Shown piece by piece: positions 10,386-18,244 of a stretch of 61,903 bases of DNA (position 1 is its first letter; each line of letters starts with the position of its first letter). The DNA is taken from positions 1 through 61,903 of the forward strand of contig JANNVX010000011.1 of NCBI GenBank assembly GCA_031414595.1. The letters are read 5' to 3'. The translations under genes and the position numbers were made by a program. The DNA is from Deinococcales bacterium (GTDB lineage: Bacteria > Deinococcota > Deinococci > Deinococcales > JAAFIG01). The notes below the pieces were generated by a model. That model was given only the letters and a program-made list of their open reading frames with translations, was not told the DNA's origin and did no database searches.

Positions 10386-11756
10386 ATGAGCCAACACATC
10401 ACCCTCGAGCCGTCACCCTTAAGTGCCTCGCAACTCGAGCAGAATTTCCAAGAGATTCACTTGCCCTTAACCCCACGCGAAGCCGTGATTGAAGCTAATC
10501 GTTGCTTATTTTGTTTTGATGCACCTTGTATTCACGCTTGCCCGACCCACATAGACATTCCTAGTTTTATTAAAAAAATCGCCACCGAAAATACTCGAGG
10601 CAGCGCCAGAGTCATCCTCGAGAGTAATTTCTTGGGCAGCACTTGCGCCAGAGTTTGCCCTGTCCAAGAACTCTGTGAAGGAGCGTGTGTGCTGGGCAGC
10701 GACCATAAACCCATCGAAATTGGGCGCTTGCAACGCTACGCCACCGATTATGTGCTGACCCGTAAACTCGATTTATTTAAGCCCGGTAAACCGACTGGTA
10801 AAAAAATTGTCGTGATTGGTGCAGGTCCGGCTGGTTTAAGTTGCGCCGCAGAACTGGCAAAACTTGGGCATAAGGTCACTGTCTTTGATAAAAAAGACTT
10901 GGCTGGTGGACTCAGCACCTACGGCATCGTGGTTTTTCGTGAACCAGTCGAAATTTCTTTAGCCGAAGTTGAAATGGTCAAGCGATTAGGCGTAGAAATT
11001 AAAACGGGCGTGACCGTAGGCACAGACATCCAAATTTCAGACCTCGAGCGCGATTATGACGCGATTTTTATCGGCACAGGACTTGGTAATGTTCCTAAGC
11101 TCGGCATACCAGGCGAAGACCTTGGCGGTGTGGTGGACGGAATAGACTTTATTGAACTGACCAAAACCAGCCCGTACTCGAGTATCCCTGTAGGAAAAAA
11201 AGTTGCCATTATTGGCGCTGGTAACACCGCCATAGATGCAGCCACCATCGCCAAGCGGCTCGGGGCGGCTCGAGTGACGCTTGTTTACCGCCGTAGCCAA
11301 GCCGAAATGACGGCTTATGATTTTGAATATGAATTCGCTAAGCAAGAAGGCATCGAGTACCGATTTTTAACCACACCTGTAGCAATACACGGCGACGCAA
11401 ACGGTGTTAAAAGTCTCGAATGCGTTCAAATGCAGCTTGGCGCACCCGACGCAAGCGGCAGACCACGCCCAGAGGTTGTAGCAAACAGCAATCACAGAAT
11501 AGAAGTTGATATGGTGATTAAAGCCATCGGACAGAACAAACAAACCGACCTTGCCCAAGCACTCGGACTCGAGATTCAAAATGGGTACATTGTCACCGAC
11601 AATGGCAACCACACATCCAACCCTCGGGTTTTTGCGGGTGGCGATTGTGTGCGCTTAAAAGGTGATGCCAGTACCGTCATGGCAGTCCAAGATGGCAAAA
11701 TCGCCGCGAAAAGCATCACCGCCATGCTCGAGCGGGCTGCCAGTGCGAATGATTAA
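10386..11756 (+). CDS. preT: Dihydropyrimidine dehydrogenase subunit (GltD-like)
   Basis: RCLFCFDAPC...CP Fe-S motif, GAGPAG, GAGNTAIDAA; adjacent to preA. Confidence 0.88.
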   Translation: MSQHITLEPSPLSASQLEQNFQEIHLPLTPREAVIEANRCLFCFDAPCIHACPTHIDIPSFIKKIATENTRGSARVILESNFLGSTCARVCPVQELCEGACVLGSDHKPIEIGRLQRYATDYVLTRKLDLFKPGKPTGKKIVVIGAGPAGLSCAAELAKLGHKVTVFDKKDLAGGLSTYGIVVFREPVEISLAEVEMVKRLGVEIKTGVTVGTDIQISDLERDYDAIFIGTGLGNVPKLGIPGEDLGGVVDGIDFIELTKTSPYSSIPVGKKVAIIGAGNTAIDAATIAKRLGAARVTLVYRRSQAEMTAYDFEYEFAKQEGIEYRFLTTPVAIHGDANGVKSLECVQMQLGAPDASGRPRPEVVANSNHRIEVDMVIKAIGQNKQTDLAQALGLEIQNGYIVTDNGNHTSNPRVFAGGDCVRLKGDASTVMAVQDGKIAAKSITAMLERAASAND

Positions 11757-11793
11757 AGTGCTTAAGGAGAATGCAAAAATGCAGATGGTCAGC

Positions 11794-12318
11794 CCCTCAT
11801 CCGGCTCGTTCCTCGCCACCTTCCCCCCGAGGGGAAGGAGTGGTGGGGAGTTGTTCGTCTGGGTTGGGGTGAAGCCCCTCTACCAACGGGTGAGGGGTTG
11901 GGGTGAGGGGTTTTCCTATTGCTTGACGGATAGTGCTAAGTACCTTGGGCATCTCGAGCATGACTTGGGCATTACGAAATCGGATGATTCTCAAGCCTCG
12001 AGCTTCGAGGTTTTGGGTTCGTTCAAGGTCGTAGGCTTGGGCTTCGGGGGTGTCGTGGCTCGAGCCGTCAAGTTCAATGATGAGTTGAGCTTCATGGGAG
12101 TAAAAATCGGGGCGGTATCGTCCAACCACTTTTTGTCGTACAAATTTGCTGTTCTCGAGCCTTCGGTCTCTCAGTTCGTTCCACAATTTCGCTTCGGCAA
12201 GCGTGGGGTTCTTACGGGCTTCCCTTGCAAGCTCAATCAAGTAACTCGGCACGTTGATAACAATACACTACCAGTCCTTCTCCCTTGGGAGAAGGTGGCG
12301 CGAAGCGCCGGATGAGGG
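11794..12318. mobile_element. Palindromic-repeat-flanked DUF559 nuclease cassette inserted between preT and preA
   Basis: CCCTCATCCGGC..GCCACCTTCCCC..GGGGAAGG (11794-11838) is inverted relative to CCTTCTCCC..GGGAGAAGGTGGC..GCCGGATGAGGG (12276-12318); extra palindromic repeat at 11875-11910. Confidence 0.7.
11797..12252 (-). CDS. DUF559 / Vsr-like endonuclease
   Basis: RKNPTLAEAKLW, KFVRQ, DFY, IIELDGSSH, YD..RT..L...G..IIRF motifs. Confidence 0.88.
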   Translation of the reverse strand: MPSYLIELAREARKNPTLAEAKLWNELRDRRLENSKFVRQKVVGRYRPDFYSHEAQLIIELDGSSHDTPEAQAYDLERTQNLEARGLRIIRFRNAQVMLEMPKVLSTIRQAIGKPLTPTPHPLVEGLHPNPDEQLPTTPSPRGEGGEERAG

Positions 12319-12326
12319 ACTAACTT

Positions 12327-13712
12327 ATGGCAGACTTATCGATAGATTTTTGTGGCATCAAATCGCCCAACCCGTTCTGGTTGGCTTCCGCGCCGCCAAC
12401 CAATTCTGGCGCTCAGATTCATAAGGCGTTCGAGTACGGTTGGGGTGGAGCAGTTTGGAAAACCATTGGCTCACCTGTACTAAACGTCAGTAATAGGTAC
12501 GGGGCTTGGCATTATGGTGGGCAAAAAATGCTGGCGATTAACAATGTGGAACTGATTTCGGATCGTCCGATTGACTTAAATTTAGCCGAAATTGCTGATG
12601 TCAAAAAACATTGGGCAGACCGTGCGGTGATTGTCTCGGCAATGGTCGAGTGTCAACAGCAGGCTTGGGTGGATATTGTGCGGCGCATCGAGGATGCGGG
12701 CGCAGATGGTATCGAAATCAATTGTGGTTGTCCGCATGGCATGTCCGAACGTGGTATGGGCAGTGCAGTTGGGCAGAATCCAGATTTGATCGAACAGATT
12801 TCTGAGTGGACAACTGGAATATCTAAAATCCCGATTATTATTAAGCTCACGCCAAACATCACCGATATTAATTATCCGGCTCGAGCCGCCGTTAAAGGTG
12901 GTGCGCCCGCCGTCAGTCTGATTAACACGATTAACAGCATCATTGGCGTGGATTTGGATTCTTTTGCAATTACCCCCAATGTCGGTGGGAAGGGCGGACA
13001 TGGTGGGTATGCAGGTCCTGCCGTTAAACCAATCGCGCTTAATATGCTTTCATCAATCGCAACTTTGCAAGAATTAAAAGACGCAAACACCAAAATCAGT
13101 GGTATGGGTGGCATTAGCACATGGAAAGACGCGGCGGAATTCCTGCTTTTAGGGGCGCATTCGTTGCAAGTTTGCACTGCCGTGATGCACTACGGCTACC
13201 GCCTGATAGATGACCTTTGTGACGGGCTTTCCAATTGGCTGGATGAAAAAGGCTACTCGAGTGTCAATCAGATTATTGGCGCGAGTCTGCCACGCATTTC
13301 GCAATTTCAGGATTTTGATTTGTCGTACCGGGCTGTGGCAGCCATCAACCCAAATACTTGTATCAACTGCAATTTGTGTTATGTGGCGTGTAACGACACC
13401 GCCCATCAGTGCATAGATTTGTACTCGAGCGACGGGCTACAAGTCCAGCCATACGCTTACGACCTTCGTGACAACGGCAAATTAGCTGCTACTGCCAACC
13501 GCGCCCAGCCTGTGGTACGAGAAGCCGATTGTGTTGGTTGTGCCTTGTGTGCCAATGTCTGCCCAGTCGAAAACTGCATCACCATGGTCGAACGCCCAAG
13601 CGGACGCGAGAGCATTACATGGCGTGAAATCAGCACCAACCTGCCCGAAGTTACCACCGATTGGGCGGCAATGCAGCGTTACCGCAGCGAAAAAGGGATA
13701 GACATTCATTAG
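12327..13712 (+). CDS. preA: NAD-dependent dihydropyrimidine dehydrogenase subunit PreA
   Basis: NPFWLASAPPT, NNVELISDR, CGCPHGMSERGMG, C-terminal 2x[4Fe-4S] motifs. Confidence 0.93.
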   Translation: MADLSIDFCGIKSPNPFWLASAPPTNSGAQIHKAFEYGWGGAVWKTIGSPVLNVSNRYGAWHYGGQKMLAINNVELISDRPIDLNLAEIADVKKHWADRAVIVSAMVECQQQAWVDIVRRIEDAGADGIEINCGCPHGMSERGMGSAVGQNPDLIEQISEWTTGISKIPIIIKLTPNITDINYPARAAVKGGAPAVSLINTINSIIGVDLDSFAITPNVGGKGGHGGYAGPAVKPIALNMLSSIATLQELKDANTKISGMGGISTWKDAAEFLLLGAHSLQVCTAVMHYGYRLIDDLCDGLSNWLDEKGYSSVNQIIGASLPRISQFQDFDLSYRAVAAINPNTCINCNLCYVACNDTAHQCIDLYSSDGLQVQPYAYDLRDNGKLAATANRAQPVVREADCVGCALCANVCPVENCITMVERPSGRESITWREISTNLPEVTTDWAAMQRYRSEKGIDIH

Positions 13713-13718
13713 GGACAG

Positions 13719-13748
13719 GAGAAGCGCCAATTCACTTTGGCGCTTCTC
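13719..13748 (+). terminator. Hairpin downstream of preA
   Basis: GAGAAGCGCCAA-ttcact-TTGGCGCTTCTC, perfect 12-bp stem. Confidence 0.65.
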
Positions 13749-13780
13749 GAGTTTTGGACAAACGCCTTTTCCTACCGCCT

Positions 13781-13959
13781 TATACCAAATTAACTTAATC
13801 ACTCTCGTTCGACCAAAAAGACGGTCAAACTGTTGTTCATGCGTTAATTTGGTTCTTTTGTCACTCCTTTTCTTGCTCACAAGACAGCACCTGCGGGCTG
13901 TTCGCGCTTAGTCGGTTAATCAGTCAAAATACGCGACTGATTAACACAACTTGGTATTA
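13781..13959. repeat. Small non-coding repeat / MITE-like element with TACCAA..TTGGTA termini
   Basis: TATACCAAATT at 13781 and AACTTGGTATTA at the end; right 53 bp duplicated at 330-382. Confidence 0.65.
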
Positions 13960-13972
13960 GACTACGTGGGCT

Positions 13973-14122
13973 ATGCCCAATGGAATTACAGAATTACAAA
14001 AAGAATACCAAGATTATGTGATTGCCCATCGGGTGCGTAAATTACTTGGCGGAAAACTCGAGCCACGGGGTTTTCTCAAATTATCGTTGTACGCCAAGCG
14101 TCGGCTCGAGCGGCAGCGATAG
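13973..14122 (+). pseudogene. 49-aa ORF, probably a gene 5' fragment truncated at the CRISPR trailer end
   Basis: MPNGITELQKEYQDYVIAHRVRKLLGGKLEPRGFLKLSLYAKRRLERQR*; two in-frame CTC-GAG (LE); stops just after a repeat-like site. Confidence 0.5.
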
Positions 14123-14152
14123 TTGCCCTAAATCAACAAATCGTTTTTGCTC

Positions 14153-16143
14153 GTTTCAATCTCTTCGCAGAGGACTCGAGCCGCAGCTGACAATTACCGT
14201 TCGTTTGGGCGTTTAATTGGGGTTGTTTCAATCTCTTCGCAGAGGACTCGAGCTGCAGCAGAACTCGAGGCGCTACTTGCGTGACTGGCAAAGGGTGTTT
14301 CAATCTCTTCGCAGAGGACTCGAGCTGCAGCATTTATTGGTCGCACTTTTGAAAAAAAATGATGAGTTTCAATCTCTTCGCAGAGGACTCGAGCTGCAGC
14401 AAATACTACCTCAAGTTATTTATGGATGAAAGCGGTTTCAATCTCTTCGCAGAGGACTCGAGCTGCAGCGCTTGATTCGGTTCTCGAGTCGGATTCAAAC
14501 GCCAGCCCGTTTCAATCTCTTCGCAGAGGACTCGAGCTGCAGCCTTAGTATTTTTTGTAGAAAGCGCTCGCATGGAGGTTTCAATCTCTTCGCAGAGGAC
14601 TCGAGCTGCAGCGACTTTCTCGAGCAGTACATTGTTTGTGCCTTCCTCGTTTCAATCTCTTCGCAGAGGACTCGAGCTGCAGCCGACAAAATCTTGCCGC
14701 TCGAGTGGGCTTTTGGTGGTTTCAATCTCTTCGCAGAGGACTCGAGCTGCAGCTTCTGGGTATTTCTCGAGCAAGCCATCTATTTCGGCGTTTCAATCTC
14801 TTCGCAGAGGACTCGAGCTGCAGCAAACCATCAATGAACGCATGGCAAGCACCGTCAGGCACAAGTTTCAATCTCTTCGCAGAGGACTCGAGCTGCAGCT
14901 TTGGCGTTCTGCTATTCCAAGCGTTCATATCTTCTATCAGAAATCTAGCAGAATAAGCTGGTTTCAATCTCTTCGCAGAGGACTCGAGCTGCAGCCCACA
15001 CCAGCGACAGACGTGCAGAAAATCACGTAGTTTCAATCTCTTCGCAGAGGACTCGAGCTGCAGCGTGGGTATATTTCTCGAGGACGTATCACCTTATACC
15101 GGTTTCAATCTCTTCGCAGAGGACTCGAGCTGCAGCACTCGAGAACGACAGGTTGCAGGAACACGCCATCCGCCGTTTCAATCTCTTCGCAGAGGACTCG
15201 AGCTGCAGCACACCTTGTCGCCCACCCGCAAGTCGCTCATGCGCGGTTTCAATCTCTTCGCAGAGGACTCGAGCTGCAGCGGAGGCATTTCAATGACCTC
15301 TATTCGCAAGGGCTAGTTTCAATCTCTTCGCAGAGGACTCGAGCTGCAGCGACAATCTGCGTGACACCGTACTGCACGAGTTGATTCGTTTCAATCTCTT
15401 CGCAGAGGACTCGAGCTGCAGCTATAGTGTGCAGACGCTCTATGGTTGGCGTGAACGTTTCAATCTCTTCGCAGAGGACTCGAGCTGCAGCGTGTCTTTC
15501 TGGTGATTCTCGAGTTGAAGCACATCAGTTTCAATCTCTTCGCAGAGGACTCGAGCTGCAGCGGAAATTATGCAAATCGTAGTTTGGGATGAAATTAATC
15601 AGGTTTCAATCTCTTCGCAGAGGACTCGAGCTGCAGCTGGCGCTGGCATTATCACAATGGATAAGCCAGACCACACGTTTCAATCTCTTCGCAGAGGACT
15701 CGAGCTGCAGCGAGGGGATTTGGGTGCGTGGGTAGTTATTTCTTTGTTTCAATCTCTTCGCAGAGGACTCGAGCTGCAGCCTAGGCGCTGGCTTTGACGT
15801 TATTTTGTTGGCGGGGGGTTTCAATCTCTTCGCAGAGGACTCGAGCTGCAGCCCAAGACAAAGAACGTTTTGGTAGTTTGGCGCAGCTTGTTTCAATCTC
15901 TTCGCAGAGGACTCGAGCTGCAGCAACCTCATAAGCGCAAACCTCAGAGGCGCAAACCTCGAGTTTCAATCTCTTCGCAGAGGACTCGAGCTGCAGCGGA
16001 TTTAAGGACATCGAAAGTTACAACAAACGAGTCCAAGCTGTTTCAATCTCTTCGCAGAGGACTCGAGCTGCAGCCGGGTTAAAGTTACAAAGTAACCCAA
16101 GAACAAACGTTTCAATCTCTTCGCAGAGGACTCGAGCTGCAGC
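14153..16143 (-). CRISPR. CRISPR array: 28 repeats of 35 bp, 27 spacers (34-42 bp plus one of 61 bp); type III-like repeat; no cas genes in the window
   Basis: Repeat on + is GTTTCAATCTCTTCGCAGAGGACTCGAGCTGCAGC; on - it ends CTCT-GCGA-AGAG-ATTGAAAC. The mutated repeat is at the left end and the leader-like region at the right. Confidence 0.98.
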
Positions 16144-16400
16144 TCTGGCTTTATTATGTGCGTGTTTCACAGAGTTGTCAAGATGCTTTGCGCGGCGACC
16201 TTCGGAATTTTTGAATTTCCGGGTTTAGACGCAGGAAAAACTCGTTTTTTTGCGTCTGGCACGGGTGCGCGGCGAGAACGGGTTTTTCGGGTGTTTTGAA
16301 GCGGGGTTATGCGTTGTGTATGACAGCTTAAGTTTAGTTTTTACTCGAGGAAAATGTATTTTTATGTACGTCCTCGCGCAAGTTAGAGAATGATGAGTTC
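16144..16400 (-). promoter_or_regulatory. CRISPR leader
   Basis: Non-coding, next to the unmutated end of the array; TGCGCGGCGA repeated at 16189 and 16266, inverted variant at 16371-16380. Confidence 0.75.
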
Positions 16401-16487
16401 TAGTTCTTCTTGTACTGTACCATATCCTTCGATAAAAATACGATCTTGGTATTCGTTTCCTAAGTTATAAAATCTCACACTGTCTGC

Positions 16488-16693
16488 ATGTTCGTTGATC
16501 ACCCCCTGATTTTCTTGCGTAAACCATTCAAGTCCCTTGGGTCTAGATGTGCTTCAAAGACTTGGAGTGGAGCAAAGGCGTTAGAGGCTTACTCGAGTGT
16601 GATTCAGACGGCTCGGCTGAGTGGCTCAAGTGGCTTTGAGGTGTTGCAACAATTGTACGCTGCTAAGGTCGTCTCAAGATGCTAATCAAATAC
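16488..16693 (+). pseudogene. IS66-like transposase 3' remnant and element end
   Basis: SKTWSGAKALEAYSSVIQTARLSG resembles IS66 transposase C-termini; followed by GCTAATCAAATAC. Confidence 0.5.
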
Positions 16694-16745
16694 GTCGTTT
16701 CTTTAAGTCTTTAGAGGCACTCGAGCTTGTACTGTACGAAAAAGT

Positions 16746-17351
16746 CTAGTCTGCTCGAGATGCCAAAGCCAACAAATGCCTCTTCACCCCTGCCCATTCA
16801 GATTCGAGGATACTGAACATGGCTGTGTCACGCACCCCTCCATCGGTGGCTGGCATATGGCTGCGAAGCACACCTTCAAAACTCGCCCCAATTCGTAAAA
16901 TTGCGTTTTTTGATCGCTCATTGCGAGCATCAGTTTTTAAGGTCATGCGCTGAACTTTCCAAACTTCAAAGGCATACCCAAGCATCAATAATTTGGCATT
17001 GGTGTTGATGGCGCTGCGTTGGGCATCGGGCGCAAGCCAAGTCCAACCGATTTCGGCTGCATCGGGAATATCTGGTTGATGGGCTGCCCAAGCCCAATAC
17101 TCGAGATTCCCAAAGCGGGTACTACCCACGACTGCACCTGTACTGGCATTGACAGTGGCAAACGGCACAGTTTGGCGTTGTTCTCGAGCCAGAACAGCAC
17201 TCTGCACATAAGCAGTCATGCCCTCTACGGTACTTGGCGCAGTGGTTAAACGGTAGACCTCTGGGGCGGACTGAGCAATCGCAAGTAAGGCTGGGATATG
17301 GGTTTGGCTCAGTGGCTCGAGTCGCACAACTGCGTTTTCTAGGGTCAACAT
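16746..17351 (-). CDS. GNAT acetyltransferase (RimJ/RimL family)
   Basis: VVGSTRF, EIGWTWL, INTNAKLLML, TDARNERS, FEGVLR. Confidence 0.9.
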   Translation of the reverse strand: MLTLENAVVRLEPLSQTHIPALLAIAQSAPEVYRLTTAPSTVEGMTAYVQSAVLAREQRQTVPFATVNASTGAVVGSTRFGNLEYWAWAAHQPDIPDAAEIGWTWLAPDAQRSAINTNAKLLMLGYAFEVWKVQRMTLKTDARNERSKNAILRIGASFEGVLRSHMPATDGGVRDTAMFSILESEWAGVKRHLLALASRAD

Positions 17352-17413
17352 TAGAGTAGTTTAACAGGGGCTATGGGCTATGAGCTATGGAAAAACTCAA
17401 AGCCCATAGCTTT

Positions 17414-17740
17414 TTAGCGCATCATGTCCTCGAGAACAGTTGGGTTCTTTGAAGGGTTCATCATCATGTCAAGCGCCCCAATCGCTTCTTCTGGACAGAT
17501 TGCCATAAATCGGTAACGCCGTTTGCCCTCGGAAGTCAGGACACTCGAGAGCAATTTGACCTCGAGCCGAATAAAACCTTGGACTGCCAAATTTGGTAAA
17601 CCACGCGGCACTTGGGTGTCGCCGTGCAGTTCAAAAAAACCGGTCACTTCACCACTGCGCGGGTCTAAAGTACGAAGCCGACAAGTGGTCGTCTCGAGTG
17701 TCAGGCTATCTGATGTTATTTTTGCTCCCTCGAAAACCAT
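17414..17740 (-). CDS. Hypothetical protein
   Basis: 108-aa ORF filling the intergenic space, CATAAT box 7 nt upstream. Confidence 0.6.
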   Translation of the reverse strand: MVFEGAKITSDSLTLETTTCRLRTLDPRSGEVTGFFELHGDTQVPRGLPNLAVQGFIRLEVKLLSSVLTSEGKRRYRFMAICPEEAIGALDMMMNPSKNPTVLEDMMR

Positions 17741-17800
17741 TATCTCTATTATGCACTTAAATCACGTTTTTGTCTGGGTTTTTGCGGTATTCTCTAAAAA

Positions 17801-18238
17801 ATGATTGACTATGCTGTGTTGTGCATCGAAAACCAAGCCGAGGGCTTAGCGGCTGTCCACGAACTTCTAATCAGCGCCGAGTACCACCAAGTCGCCTTAG
17901 AGATTGTCAGTGACGATAATCCGAATATTCGCCGGGTGATGCGAACCCTTGTTGAAACCAAAGCTGTACCTTTGGTGCTAACCATTGGCGGGAGTTTTAT
18001 GGGAACAAAGGAACGTGTTCCAGAAGTGACTTTAGAGATTATCGAACGCCAAGTACCGGGGCTTGCCGAGTTAATGCGTTTGGCTGGGGTGCAGAAGTCA
18101 CGCCGCGCCGCCCTGTGGCGCGGTGTGGCAGGTTGGAAAAATAAAAGTCTGGTGATTAACTTACCCGCTCAGGACACCAAAACTGCGCTCGAGGCAATCC
18201 TGCCTGTCTTGCCTTTAGCGGTCTCGAGTATTGGCTGA
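17801..18238 (+). CDS. MoaB/Mog molybdenum cofactor biosynthesis family protein (divergent)
   Basis: IVSDD, LVLTIGG, PEVT...ERQVPGLAELMR, RGVAG, VINLP. Confidence 0.75.
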   Translation: MIDYAVLCIENQAEGLAAVHELLISAEYHQVALEIVSDDNPNIRRVMRTLVETKAVPLVLTIGGSFMGTKERVPEVTLEIIERQVPGLAELMRLAGVQKSRRAALWRGVAGWKNKSLVINLPAQDTKTALEAILPVLPLAVSSIG

Positions 18239-18244
18239 GTTACA

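Noticed and set aside
11662-12315. 217-aa plus-strand ORF
   Set aside because: Shadow of the minus-strand DUF559 gene
15281-15315. Spacer resembling the repeat (TTTCAAT..CTCT..TCGCA)
   Set aside because: Needs three gaps to align; probably chance
14022-16082. Many short ORFs with repeated FQSLRRGLELQ / LQLESSAKRLK peptides
   Set aside because: They are translations of the CRISPR repeat
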